DNA of 63,835 nucleotides, the filler included, from Reclinomonas americana ATCC 50394 (Eukaryota): the NCBI GenBank assembly GCA_048213135.1. It is 11 parts of 5 records of this genome, joined end to end, with 100 filler letters (N's around TTAATTAATTAA, not from the genome) between each part and the next. Parts side by side here need not be neighbours in the genome. Positions count along the whole stretch, not along the records: positions 37,230 to 42,404 come from PS015639.1; positions 42,505 to 43,594 come from PS015639.1; positions 43,695 to 46,810 come from PS015639.1; positions 46,911 to 52,222 come from PS015640.1; positions 52,323 to 55,393 come from PS015640.1; 6 more parts are not named here. One strand, given 5' to 3'. This document shows, piece by piece, positions 40,545-53,808 of the stretch. Position 1 is the first letter of the stretch, and every line of letters starts with the position of its first letter. Below the pieces are notes generated by a model. It was not told the origin of the DNA and did not search any database. It saw only the letters and a list, made by a program, of their open reading frames with translations. Position numbers and translations under genes: made by a program.

Positions 40545-42504
40545 TTAGTATCGTGGTCCCTCGAGGCCACGGCCATAGTACTCGACCTTGGCGAGGAAGT
40601 CCTGGTAGTTAATTTGACCACTGCAGCCGCGCCACACACACCAATGAGCGCCGGAGGAGAGATGCAAAACACAAATCCAGATCCGACAAACCTTGGCACA
40701 TCCAAGTACACATGCTCAATCAGCTTCTCCATCAACTGATCGTCAATGGGTACGCCAAACTTGCGCACGCCGCGGATAAAGTTGTCCTGCGTGATGAAGC
40801 CGGTGTGCTTCGGGTCCAGGTCGTGCAACGCCTCGGTGAAGAGCGAGCGCTTGAGGAAGAGGATGTCGCGCAGGTTCTTGATCAGCTGGCGCAATTGCGC
40901 TGCTTGTGCGCGGCGGTCAGGTGCCGTCTTGGCCAACTGTGCGTACTCGGCGTCCGACATGCCGACCACGTCGGGCGACGGCGTGATACGCGATGGGCCG
41001 CCCGGGTTCTGGAAGTCGGGGTCCAAGATCTCATCCACAAACTCCTCGTACGAAATCGTCTGGCCATTGTTCTTGGCGAAGCGGCGGAACAGCATAAGCA
41101 TCTCGTGCTCGGTGAGGTCGAGGAAATCGTTGCGGATGAGCGCGGTCTTGAACTCCTCGAAGTCGATCTCGCCGGTCTTGCTGAGGTCGACATCGCGGAA
41201 GCAGTCACGAATCTTCGTGCGCTTCTCGTACAGCTTTTGGCGGAAGCGGCGGAGAATGGCGTCCAGGTCTGCAATGAGGAGACGGATGAGGACAGGGGGA
41301 TGGGAGGAAAAGAGAGAAGAGAAGGGGAAGTGGAGGGGAAGAGACGAGATAAAGAGAAGAGCTGAAGAGATGGAAAGAAGAGGGGAGAGGAGAAAGACGG
41401 GAAAGGGAAGTAAGAAGACATGAGAAGGGAAGGGATGGAAAGAAGAGGCGCAACGAAAGCAAGAAGACAGGAGGTAAGGAAAGCAAAAAGAAGAAGAGAG
41501 AAGAAAGAAGAGCCGCAAGGAAAGCAAGAAGACAGGAGGTGAGGAGAGCAAAAAGAAAGGAAGAGAAGAAGAGAAGAGCAGAGAAGAGCTGGAAAAAGGG
41601 AAGCAAGAAGACAAGAGCAGAGAAGAAGTTCCAGAGAGTTGAGTAGGCACTCACCAGAGTGGCGGAAGCGGGCAGTTTCGCCGACCAAAATGTTGGTGGT
41701 GAACTCGTCCACGTCGGTGAGGACAAAGCGGAAGCCGTTGATCGTCACCTCCATGCCCACCTGGAAGTCCTCGGCTGCCCAGTACACCGGGTGCAACTCA
41801 CTCGGTGGGTTCTTGCGAACCTGTGATCGGGAAAGAGTGAGCGTCGAGTGCACACACACAAGTGTGGACAGGCAGTCATACCTTGCTGCGGCGCAAAAAG
41901 ACACCCTCTGCACGACCCGAGTTGCGCTGGCGACGCTCCACAATGCCCAGCGTGTCGTCGGCCATGTAGAATTGCAGAATGAACTCGCGCTCGGCGTCGC
42001 CCGCTCCAGGGTTGGCGAGGCGCATCGAGAAGCGCAGCACCTTCTTGTCGTGCGCGATAAACTTGGAGAGATCCTTCTTGGGCGGCTGTGACACGGCGAG
42101 TGAGGGAAAAAGTGTGAACAAATGAAATGAATCAGTTGCACAAGCCAACACACCTGTGGCACCAGGCGCTTCGTGTTCTGCAGCGAGTCCTCCTCCGTGC
42201 CGTAGCCGTCATGCGGTGGTGGTGGCATGCGCGATGGCTTGGGGGTTTCACCGCGGAGCAGGTACACGGGCTCGAAGGCAGACTCGGATTGGCCGCGGTT
42301 CAAGTAGAATCTGCGAAAGGTGGAAAGGGTGAGCGAAGGGGAAGGGAGGGAAAGGGGAAGGGAGAGAAAGGGGAAGAGAGGGAAAGGGGAAGGGAGGGAA
42401 AGGGNNNNNNNNNNNNNNNNNNNNNNNNNNNNNNNNNNNNNNNNNNNNTTAATTAATTAANNNNNNNNNNNNNNNNNNNNNNNNNNNNNNNNNNNNNNNN
42501 NNNN

Positions 42505-42551
<47 letters not shown>

Positions 42552-42818
42552 GCGCCTCTCTCTGTGAGTGAGAGTGTGAGAGTGTGAGACGCAACGTCGC
42601 GCACGCCATGGCCGCCTGTGTGGCGATCCTTGATCAGTGTCTGCGGCTTGCTGTGGTTGGCCACACGCGGGTCATAGAACCTGTGAGAGAGAGACAGAGA
42701 AAGAAGAGAGAAAGAGTGAGATAGACTTTTCGTGATGGCCGTTTACACAAGCGTTTTTACGTAACAAATTGCCGGGCAGCAGAGGCAGCTCGACGGGAAT
42801 GCGCGCGCGCTCTGCCAT
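40545..42818 (-). CDS. EFHC1/RIB72-like DM10-domain, EF-hand axonemal protein (middle lost in gap)
   Basis: N-terminus ELPLLPGN|FYDP; PPHDGYGTEEDSLQN; DM10 domain KVLRF..REFILQFYMADDTLGIVE..RNSG..GVFLRRSK; C-terminal EF-hands DLSKTGEIDFEEF and DPKHTGFITQDNF. Confidence 0.87.
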
Positions 42819-44533
42819 TTCGTGTGTGTGTGTGTGTGTGTTGCTGTTGTTGCTGTTACGCGAGACTGAGAGAACGGGAGGAGAGAGAGAGCAAGTGGGA
42901 GAGTGAGTAAACGGCAACGCGTGCCGCGACATGTCACACACGCAGAAACACTGCACCTGCAATGCGCTCTCTCTGAGTGTGAGAGTTTTGTGTGTGTGCG
43001 AGTTGAGCAGCGGTAGTTGTTTTGTAATTGCACGAGCGCTTGTGTGTAGGGTGTGCGAGGGGACGAGCTCTCCACAAGAAACACGCAAAAACAAGGTTGA
43101 TGTGACGGGTGTCGATGCGTGGACAACGGCTGTGTGGCGGTGTCGCGCACATCCATCAGTGTCGGATCGTCCGAAGACAACTGCGAGGGATGCATGGAGG
43201 GAGAGGAGTGTGCATTCGAGCAGCGCGGTAGCTGTGTCAGCACCAAGGATTCGGACCCACAGCTGCACTCGAATTCGCCTCCAGATCCGGCCTCAGCAGG
43301 ACGACACGCATGCATGCGCTTTCTCTCTCTCACGTGTTTCACCTTATATGTATCTCCATCGGCAGCTGCCTTGATTGCTTCGCTGCAGTTGCTTCATATT
43401 CACGGACCTGCTTTATTCGAATTCCTCGCAACGCGAAATTGGCCGGCGCCTTCGATTTGTACAGGCTCGACACACATGCGCACTCTTTTGTGTTCCACCC
43501 CGTCACCAATGGCGCTCGCTTCGCTTGCAGCTGCCTCCTGCATCCGGACCCGGCTTCGAATTCGCTTTTGCTTCCTGCCAACGACAACAATTCANNNNNN
43601 NNNNNNNNNNNNNNNNNNNNNNNNNNNNNNNNNNNNNNTTAATTAATTAANNNNNNNNNNNNNNNNNNNNNNNNNNNNNNNNNNNNNNNNNNNNGTTCAA
43701 CCGTATCCAAAACATCAACACAGACACCAATCTTGAGGCAGCAGCAGGTTCCTTGTGTGTGTGTGTTCGCTCTCGGGGCTCCGAACAAGTCGAGAACTGC
43801 GATCTTCACCGCATAAGCGTGGTTGACCAGTGGATTGAATTGTTGTTGTTGAGAAGAGGAAGCGTCGCAGTTGGTGGTGCGGTTGAACAAAGAGAGCCTC
43901 GTGAATTCATACACCTGCACAGCCCCTCCGTGCTCTCGTCCATGACGTAGTAGTCACATTCAGAAAACAGAGCAGCACTCGCCGAATCCGGCCGCGGAAT
44001 CGATATCTGGCCTGCTCTCCAACTGCGTCACTTCGCCATTCCCTCTCCCAGCTTGTGCGCACCTTGACGATGATTGTGCTTTTTTAATTATTCAAAAAAA
44101 GAATGTTGTTGTTGTTATTGGCACACCGCAGAACACAGGCATACCAAAACCGGATTAGTGGAGAATTTTTGTCAAAGTCAACAACCGACGAAAGCCAGAG
44201 AGAAAAGAGAGAGAGACACGTTGAATGAGAAGACCACCGCGTGTTGTCGCCCTCGACAATGACAACACCAACAACACCACTAATGAGACAGAAGAGGAGG
44301 AGGAGGAGGATAAAGATGGGGAGATGCGACTGCCCTTTGCGTTGAGTCTCACACACACTGACAAGTCTATCTCTCACACACATTCACACACTGCACTCTG
44401 GCATGGTGTTTCTTGTGCTCTTCTCTCTCTCTCATGCAGAAAAGACACGCGCACAACAGAACACGAGTGTGTGAGTGAGAGTGAGAAGAGTGTGAGTGAG
44501 TGTCTCATGTGCGAATGTGTGTGTATGTGTGTA

Positions 44534-44573
<40 letters not shown>

Positions 44574-45697
44574 CTCTGTGCTCTGTTCATAAGTGTGTGT
44601 AAACTCACACTGGCCACACTGACGAAAAGAGCGAGTTGAGGGATGCGTCCGCTCTTACTCATCACTCACTCTCACTCACACAAACTCTCTCCCTCCCTCA
44701 CTCACAACCACACACTCTCTCTCCGTCTCTCTCTCTCACTCTCACAACTCGTTGTTTGTCTGTCTCTGTCACTCACTCTCTCTCACTCTCTCTTTGTTTG
44801 TGTCTCTTCTCACAGTGCGGATAGTCGAATCGCGGTGAACTTTATGCGCGCTGTTCTCGTGTGTGTCTTTGTGCAACGATGCAGACACGGCTGGCAAGGT
44901 TTGTGCGAAAAGACTGTGAGAACTGCGAACACACATTTACACACACACTCTCTCTCTCTCCCTCTCTCTTTCTCTCTTTTCCTCTCTCTGTCTCTCTCAC
45001 GCCCTTCTGTCTTGTGCAGCTGTCTCTTCCCTTTCCTCCCTGCGAGTATCGTTCTCGGCAGATTGGTCATGTTCAGTACCTATCGCTTTCTCTCTCTTTG
45101 TGTGTGTACTTCACTGACAGGCACATAGACACGCTCGGTGTGGTGCGCTGTAACGCATTCACTTTCTCTTTGCCTTGCATGCGTGCCGCAATGTGCGATT
45201 TGCACCTCTTTGTTGTTCCCATCCGGGGGTAGCAAGATTCTTTCCATTTTTGTCTGTCCGCGTTGTCTATGTGTGGAGTTCTTCTCTCGTAGTATTGCAA
45301 TAGCTGCACCTCAATTCCGTCGACTTTGCGTTGCCTTGCTCGGCGTAGTTCTTCTGCTCCCTCGGTGTCATGGATACACATGGCCGCTTGCACGATTAGT
45401 TGTGTCCGTTACCCGTATCTCTCGTTGTCCCCTGTCTCTTTTCCCTTTCTCTGAGTCTCTCCTCCACCACTTCCTCTCTCTCTCTTCCTACTTCTCCTCC
45501 TCTTTCTTCTCTTTGCCGAGTTTGCCCTTGTCTTTCCTCACTTGTTGCACTTGTCTTCTCATTTCTCTCTCTCTCCCCCTCTCCTCTGTCCGTGTCTCCT
45601 CTGCCTATCTCTCTGCACACGATGTGCGTGCTGTACCTGACGATCGGCTTCGCATCGTGACCACTCACTTCGTTTCGCATGATAATGGCGGACGCAG

Positions 45698-48600
45698 GGG
45701 CACTCGCTGTGGTGGTCTACTTGGCATGGATGACCAAGCTGCTGATGGTGGCCACCGCTTACAAGCTGAAGTTCAAGCAGCAGCAGCTGTCAGTGGGCGA
45801 TGAGACGAAGGTGAGTTTGCGACGAGACACAAGGGATAGTGAGTAAAGACAGCGAGTGGAGTGCGACAATATACAGAGTAAGAGCGATTGTGAGGGAGAC
45901 AACGAGTGGAGTGAGAAGGAGAGGATGATTGCAGCGCGGGGGAGACGAGGGCAGGTGGTGGACGAGACTGAATGGGAGGCAAGAGAGTAAGAGGGAGAAT
46001 TCAGAAGGAGAGAGCCATTGCGCATGAGGAAGAGAGCGAGTGGAGTGACGAGGATATTCAGAGCGCAAACGAGCGTGCGAGAGACAACCACTAAATTCAG
46101 AAGGAGAGAACGATTGCAGCGCAAGAGAGTGAGTTAAATGCGAGAATGAATGAAATGCAAGCGAGTGTGAGGGAGACAACGAGTGGAGTGAGAAGGAGAG
46201 ATCGATTGCAGTGAGAAGGAGAGGACGATTACAGCGCGAGGGATACAGCAAGTGGAAGGCAAGTGAGGGACATCGGTGGCTTGTGAGAGATCGATTGCAG
46301 CGCAAGGGAGACGGCGACAAGAGTGAGATAAGTAGTGCGAGAATGAGCAGAGTGCAAGACCGCGCGTGGGAGAGAAGAACGATTGCAGCGGGCGTGAGAC
46401 GACATAAGTGAAGCTAGATGAGGGGAGCGCTGGAGAGCGCGAGTGAGAGCTGTGTGTGTGCGCGAGCAAAAAGTCCAGCCCCCAGTAGATAATGCGAGAG
46501 AGAGAGAGGGCACGGATAAGTCACTCACTCTTCTCTGTACAGTCAAGGCACGTTCGTCAATCGCAGACGTTGGTTGCCGGCGAATCCCCACTGGATCATT
46601 CACCGCCGTGGCTGAAGGCAGCTGTGCTGGTGAGCACCACAGCCATGCGAGTGTTCTTGTGTCCCGAACTGAGGTACATGCTCCCGATGCATCCTCCCCC
46701 CGTTGTCTGTGTGCTTGTCTGACTGCGAATCCCAGCCTGCACCTGCTGGCGGCCATGTCACACATCTTGGTCATGTCGTACTTTAGTACGACAGCGCCGC
46801 TCATGTACTCNNNNNNNNNNNNNNNNNNNNNNNNNNNNNNNNNNNNNNNNNNNNTTAATTAATTAANNNNNNNNNNNNNNNNNNNNNNNNNNNNNNNNNN
46901 NNNNNNNNNNGATTTATGCCGTGGTGGCAGCTCTCATCGCCGCCTACGCAGCGATTGCCGATGGATATTCGTGGGTGAGTGTGATGAGGCACAGACGATA
47001 TCACGAACCTCGCTCACGCATCTGTGCTACTCAGGACCTCGCTCTGGCGATCATGATTATCATCATTATTACCGGATTGCGCATCAAGGTGTGCACCGAT
47101 ATCTTTCCTCATGTGCTGACACTGCGCCCTCACCCTGCTCGTTTCGATTCAGGACATTCTGCAATCCACATGCGCAGTGACGTGCCGACTGCTCACAAGT
47201 CGTTCGCAACTGAGAGACGCAGTGGAAGACAAGGTGAAGCTCGCGTGATTTGTTGAATCGCCGTCTTTCGTTCTGCTCTCTCACTGCATGCTTCACAGGA
47301 GCGATTCCTGTCCAAGGCACGACTCTGTACACCTTACCGCTCCTCCTCCTCTCTCTCTCGTCTCCTCACCCGCATGCTATTTCCGCAGTGCTCTCACGAG
47401 ATTCGCCAGCCGTGCATGGGGGTGACCGCAGCGCTCGAGTCGTACAAGCCCGGCAACCCAGATAACGATGCGGCCATCAAGGGTTTGGAAGGAACCGTCT
47501 TCTTCAAAACTGGTTGAAACCGCCCCCTGAAAATAATACTCACGCAGACGCCCTGTACTGCACCACCACCCTGGTGTGCCTGCTGGACGACCTTCTCTTT
47601 TACTTGGTCTGTGTTTGTCCCCACTCTGTTTTTCCCGACCTTTGCTGACCCGATCCCCGCGCAGAACACGAAAACAACACGCCTGCAGAACACGCTGAAT
47701 GTGCGTCCGTGCAAGCTGTCGGCGATTGTCGAGAGCACCGCCATGCATTTTTCGCACATTGCACGGCTGTTGCGTGCAGCTCACAAGCGCGCTCTGTCTT
47801 AGCCGTCTGCTGACCATCTGGCAACAGCAAGGGCGTCGAGTTCAACACTGTAATGAGCGCCGTTCTTTCCGAGGCGATACGTGGCGCGCGCGAACCGATT
47901 GTCATGCTCGATCGTCAGCGCGTGCTGCAGTGCATCACCAACCTGTGCTCCAACGCCATCAAGTTCACACGCCAAGGCTGTTGCGTGCCTTCCCTCGCCC
48001 CTCCTTTTGCTTCTGCGTGGCAGCCCGCGAGTGACCCCAGAATCCATCTCACAGCCATTGTTTTGCGATTGGACCTGGCACGACGCAGCGCACGCAATGT
48101 GCATCCACCACACGCTTTTGGAGGTGAGAAAATTATGGCCAAGCAAAGCCACTCACTGTTCTGTCCGCCTCACCACGCGTGGCTCCAGATGTCGACGTGG
48201 AGTACACTCCTCTCGAGAATGCCGACGTTCTCGGCAGCGATGTGTGGCTGGTGGTGACGGTGGAGGATACAGGGTGTGGCATTCGACCGGAGGATGCGGA
48301 GCACCTGGCTGAGCCGTTTTTCCAGGCGCAAGAGAAATCGTCGCCGTACGCCGGCACTGGCTTGGGTCTCACGCTCATTCGCGAAATCGTGCACGTGCTG
48401 TGGAGGGGAAACTTTTGGTTCGAGAGCGAGGTCGGCGAGGGATCGGCGTTTCACATTTCGTTGCCGTTCGTCATTCGGAATGCGTCGCAGCTGTCGCTCA
48501 GCGAGATGGATGGTGGGTGGGGGTGATTGGGAAAGGGTTGAGGGGGGAGAAGGGGGAGAAGGGGGAAAAGGGGGAGAGGGAAAGGGGAGTGGATCTTCCA

Positions 48601-50940
48601 TATCGCTGAGCGTTCTTTTCTACTTTGCTGACTGTCCTGCTTCTTCGCTGGAGTCAATCATTGGAGGAGTGGGTATGCATGATTTCGTTCATGCCGTCTA
48701 CTTTGTTACTTTTCCTCTATTCTTTCGCTGACTGTCGTATTCCGTCGCTTATCATCCTTATTCCGTCGCTGTCCACCCTGGCAGAGAGTCAATATTTGGA
48801 GTGGGAGAAGGAGTGGGCATGGCATTCTTTCGTTCATGACGTCTACTTTGTTACTTTCCTCTCTTCTCTTCCGCACTCCTTGCAGCGTAGTGACCACGAG
48901 AGGAGAAATGCGTGTCGCTTCGCCTCGATGTTCGTTGCACATCATTTCATGTGTCCTTCCCAATCTGTCGCACCTAGATTGCTTTCGACGTCTTCTCATT
49001 TCGTCGCTCCCCTTGTCCTTGGAGATAGGCAGATCTGACCCTATTCCCTCTGCATCTCTTTCACCTCATCCCTTACGCTCACCCCGGTCACGCAGACTTG
49101 GAGTTGTCCAGTCGCGAGCTGCAGGTGATCCGCACAGGCGCCATGTCGTTGGCCGCCGGCTCTGGTGTCGACGCGGAGTTGAGCGTGGCTGATCTGTCGC
49201 CGGTGCGCACGCGACGGAGATTATCCTCTTCGAGTGCCGATCTCGGACGGCATCGCACGTCGGTGGCGTCGGCGCACTCTGGCACGTCGAGCGCGTCATC
49301 TGCAGCGGCAACGGCAGGGACCGGTGGTGGAAGCTCGCTCTCCGTAGCGGACGAATCCGTGCCCGTGCCGGCAATCACCCTGTCGTCGCAGGCGACACCG
49401 GTGACGGCGCCCATGTCGCCACAAGTGGCCACTGGGTCGTCGCCAACTGGGTCACCCGCGGCGCCGTCGTTGTCGAGTCCATGTGAGTGTGGGTGGGATG
49501 ATGGAATGGAGGGGAAGGGTCGCGAGAGTCGAGATGAGCAGTGAGACACGAAGAGGGCAAGACAAGAAATTTTAACGGGATGCAATCCTTCACTGACATT
49601 TTTTCGGGTGCAGCGTTGCCAAGCATGTCCTCACCGACGACACCAAGCGGCAGCAAGGTCAAGTGTGTCATTGTGGACGACTCGCGAATCGTGGTGTTGA
49701 CGCTGAGGAAGCTTCTCTCACTCATGCCGGTACGTCGGTGGGGGTGCATGCTGTCGCTGATGAGCGGTGCTGATGGTGTTTGCGTGCGTCGCAGAGCGTC
49801 GACGGGGAGAGCATTGTGACACTGGCGGATGGTGCGTCGCTGGTGGACTTTGTGTCGGGGCAGTTGCGGCAGGGGTTGCCGTTGCCGGACCTCTTTTTTG
49901 TGGATGTGAATATGCCGGTGATGCAGGGGGATGAGGTGAGGGAGAAGGGAAGGGGGAGGGGGAGGGGAGGGGGAGGGAGGGGGAGGAGAAGGGGGATGGG
50001 AGGGAAAGGAGAGGAGAGGAGAGGAGAGGAGAGGAGAGGAGAGGAGAGGAGAGGAGAGGAGAGGAGAGGAGAGGAGAGGAGAGGGGAAGAGGTGAGGGAG
50101 AAGGGAAGGGAAGGGAAGGGAAGGGAAGGGAAGGGAAGGGAAGGGTAGGGAAGGGAAGGGGAAGGGGGAGAGAGAGGGGGAGGAGAGAGAGGGAGAGGAG
50201 ACGTAGAGGGAGAGGGAAAGAGACCCAGGGTGTACAGAAGGCACAGTGAGTGTGCTGTGAATGTGACGGAAGGTGACAGTGGAGCACGAGGTGCAGACAG
50301 AGACAGCGGAGATGGAAGCCAACAGAGCACGAACGGGAGCAGGCAGGGGATTTGAGGAAGTAGAAGAGGAAGAGGAGACGAGACAGATGAACAACGATGA
50401 AAAAATGAGACAAGAAAAAGTGAGAGGAATAATGGAAGAGGAGGAATATTAAATGCAAAATGAGCAAAGGGGGAGACGTAGAAACGGGGAATGAGCAAGG
50501 CGGTCGCTTGAGTTGATGTGTTGTCATTGGAATGTGCTGCGTTAATGCGGGATGTGTTCATTATGGGCGCGGGCGCTCGATCTTTCGCAACCTGTGTGCG
50601 TCTTTCTCACCCGTCGCTGCAGGCCATTCGGCGAGTGCGCACCATGATGCAGGAGCAAGGCATTTCGTCGAGGATATGCCTAATGACAGGTACTTGCGAG
50701 GCCGGCTTGTCTCCCACTAGCGAGCGAGTGCACTCACATTACTCTTGCACAGGTGATGCTTTGTTCGACGCAAGTCAGGTCCCCGCCGATCACACGTTTG
50801 TCAAGGTGAGCGACAAAATGATGAAGACAGAAGCTGCTGGCGGCCGTTTTTTACTCATCTATATATCTGTGCACACACAGCCAATGCGGCGAGCCGATAT
50901 CGAGGAGATCATCTCGATTACGCTCGAGCATCGTGCATGA
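45698..50940 (+). CDS. Membrane-bound hybrid histidine kinase (TM-HisKA-HATPase-receiver); more 5' TM exons probably upstream
   Basis: H-box ERFLSK|CSHEIRQP; N-box QCITNLCSNAIKFT; G1 VEDTGCGI; F box PFFQ; G2 GTGLGL; receiver VIVDDS..FVDVNMPVMQG..MTG..KP; hydrophobic upstream exons. Confidence 0.9.
45850..46450. repeat. Degenerate purine-rich minisatellite in a histidine kinase intron
   Basis: Recurring GAGTGGAGTGA and GAAGGAGAG..GATTGCAGCGC motifs. Confidence 0.6.
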
Positions 50941-51036
50941 TTGTCAATGTGTGCTGTACTAGAAAACATAAACTAACGTGAAAAAACGACAAAAAGACTT
51001 ACATTCGCACTAAAAGAAACGGGCTACTAATAACTA

Positions 51037-52986
51037 CTACGTCTGATCGGGGCCGCGTTGCGTGTCGCCAGTGATCCTCGCGGTCTCGTACTTGCTCTCC
51101 GGGCAGCACGTGCAGTTGATGAGTGGGATGAGCAGCGGCGTCGAGCGCTTGTACCGGCGATACTCCTCCAGGTGCCCGTAGCGAGCGGCGCTGGAGCGCT
51201 CGAGGATGGGAATGCCGGAGAGGAAGAGCAGGATGCTCATGATGAAGATGGGCGACACCACCGAGATCCACTCCACACCAGAGTACAGATGCACACCCAT
51301 GAGCCAGACACCGATCCACACGCTGTGCGGCGGGAATGAGGAAGGGTAGGGAAGGGGGGAGAAGTGAGAAGCACAGTTTGCGCAACAGCATCTCGCCGCC
51401 GTAGTTTGGGTAGCGGACGATGGAGTAGAGGCCGGAGCGCATAAAGTCCTTTGGGTTGGCGTTTTTGAAGACGAACTTTTGGTACTGGGAAGGGGGGGAA
51501 GGGAAGAGGGAAAGGGTGTGATGAGCAACGGAAGAGTGGCGGGATCTGAAGAAAGACAGACGGAAACAGAGAGAGAGAGAGAGAGAGTGAGAAAGCAAAG
51601 AGAAGAGGAGGAAAAGGAAGCAAGGACGAGGAGAGAGACTTGAGTGAGAGGATCCACTCGGCCCACAGGAGGCACGGACATGTTGCGCGCGGGCGTGTTA
51701 GGCAAGAAGAGGGAGAAAAAAATCTGTTGCCGAAGAAGAAAGAGTTGACTCTCTTGCTGGAGACGAGAAGCAGGCGATCCGCAGTTCCAAGAAGAAAATG
51801 GAAACAACCTTCCCCTCGCGAAAGGCTCACAAACTCGTGCCCGTGTGCTCTCTCTCCACTCTCTGCCTCTCAGCTCCAAGGCGCAAAGACTCAATCTGCT
51901 TCTCTTCTGCCTCGCTCCCTCCCTCCCACATATCAAGCTTCCCTCGCTCGCCCCCTTGCAAGCTCCTAACACTGACTCTTTTCTCTCTCTCTCTCTCTCT
52001 CTCTCAAACAGCTTCATCTCGTTTCCCCTCGCGAAAAGGCTCACAAACTCGCGCCCGTGTGCTCTCTCTCCACTCTCTGCCTCTCAGCTCCAAGGCACAA
52101 AGGCTCAATCTGCTTCTCTTTCTGCCTCGCTCCCTCACTCCCACATATCAAGCTTCTCTCGCTCGCTCCCTTGCAACAAGACAGCGCTCATCAATCCTGA
52201 CTCTTCCCTCCCTCCACGCGCGNNNNNNNNNNNNNNNNNNNNNNNNNNNNNNNNNNNNNNNNNNNNTTAATTAATTAANNNNNNNNNNNNNNNNNNNNNN
52301 NNNNNNNNNNNNNNNNNNNNNNACTCCCTCCCTCCACGCTCTCTCTCTCTCTCTCTCTCTCTCCCTCCACGCTCTCTCTCTCTCTCTCTCTATCTCTCCC
52401 TCCCCTTCCCCATCCCCCTTCCCATCCCCCTTTCCCCCCCATTCTTCCCCCCTCCATTCCGACTCACATCCGCCACCGTCTCCACCGTCAACCCCACCGC
52501 AAACACCACCCAACCAATCACATCGGCGGCCTTGACCGACCCTTCCCCTCCAATCGGCTGCCCGCGACCCGGCGCATTCAACGCATTCGCATTGACCATC
52601 AACACAGGAAACGACACAACCCACACAGTCAAGGCCTGCGCGACCCAAAACGCCAGAAACTGCCAGAAACGCTGTCGCATCTCCTCAAAGCGCTTATCGT
52701 AGCCAATCTTGTGAATGCGCACCAGCAGGTACACGAGCAGACGCAGCGCCCACAGAACCACACAAAATGTGATGATAATGCCACGAAAATGCGTCCAGGC
52801 GTGACCAAAGCCAAAGGTGAAGAGGGCGACGGTGATAAAGGAGAGCGTGTAGGTAAAGTCGGTGAACTTGTCGGTGCGGAAGCCGTAGGCGAGGATGAAG
52901 AAGAGGCCGTTGAGGGCGGCGGAGACGATGCCGCCGAGACCAAAGTAGTAGGTGTCGAGGAAGTACACGGGAGGAGAGGAGGACAT
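51037..52986 (-). CDS. DUF1295 (steroid 5-alpha-reductase-like) membrane protein
   Basis: FRTDKFTDFTY, WALRL..RIHKIGYDKRFEEMR, ETVAD|YQKFVFK, SGLYSIVRYPNYGGE and LSGIPILE..EYRRYKRSTPLLIP. Confidence 0.92.
51810..52176. repeat. Direct duplication of ~150 bp in the DUF1295 intron
   Basis: TTCCCCTCGCGAAAGGCTCACAAACTCG...CCTTGCAA occurs at ~51810-51961 and again at ~52023-52176. Confidence 0.85.
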
Positions 52987-53808
52987 GGTTTGTTCTCTCT
53001 CTCTCTCTCTGAGTGTGTGAGCGTGTTTTGTCTAGAAGGACCGGGCTTTTGCGTTGTCGGTCAGGAGATACGCGATCGGAGTGCGAGCATTGGGTTGGCG
53101 GCCGTGTTCGTATTTTGCACGCGTGCGCGCGAGTCGGGCCCGGGGTGTGTGAGAGAGTGTCCGTGTTGTGCAGTTCTCGACGTTTTTCGAAGCTCTGCGA
53201 ACAATTGCGCATTGTACAAGAGAACCTGCCGCTGTGTTGGTGTGTGTTGCATTTGATCTTGATGTTTTGAATATGGTCGGACTTGGTCATCGTTGCTTGC
53301 CATTGTTGCGCATGCAAAACTGCGAAAAAGATTCTCTCGTGGCCGGCCATATGCATGGTCGATATCCGCCTTGTATCAGCTGCAGTGCCAGAATGGCAGT
53401 TCTGTGTTGGATGCAGGGGATTATGAAGAGAGCGGAGTGCAGCGATAAAGAGTCCGGAGAGATCTTGAGCTCGAGTGCACGAGGCTTTTTAAACGCTCAA
53501 TATCGAAATCTATCGCGAAGTTGTCTCATGCACAGCTGGAGCGAAGACACCCCGTATCCCCCTGCTTCTCCTCTTCATCACCACATACACAGCATGACGT
53601 TCCGAGCAGGCTTCTTGCTCTCCGGAGAGGGGCAGCGAACCGACAGTGAGGACACGATGTCCTCGACGTTTGTGTTTGCTCACTCTTCCACCATGTTTCC
53701 TGGTTGCTTGCCCGCCGCTGCACGTCGCGGCGAGAGACCAAATGTGCTACACACACGGATCACACGTCGGCGTCCTGCTCTTGTGTAAACACTGTTGCCG
53801 AGAGACGA

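Noticed and set aside
53150..53240. C2H2-like FSCTMRNCSQSF..L on the minus strand
   Set aside because: The His spacing is wrong and there is no supporting gene structure.
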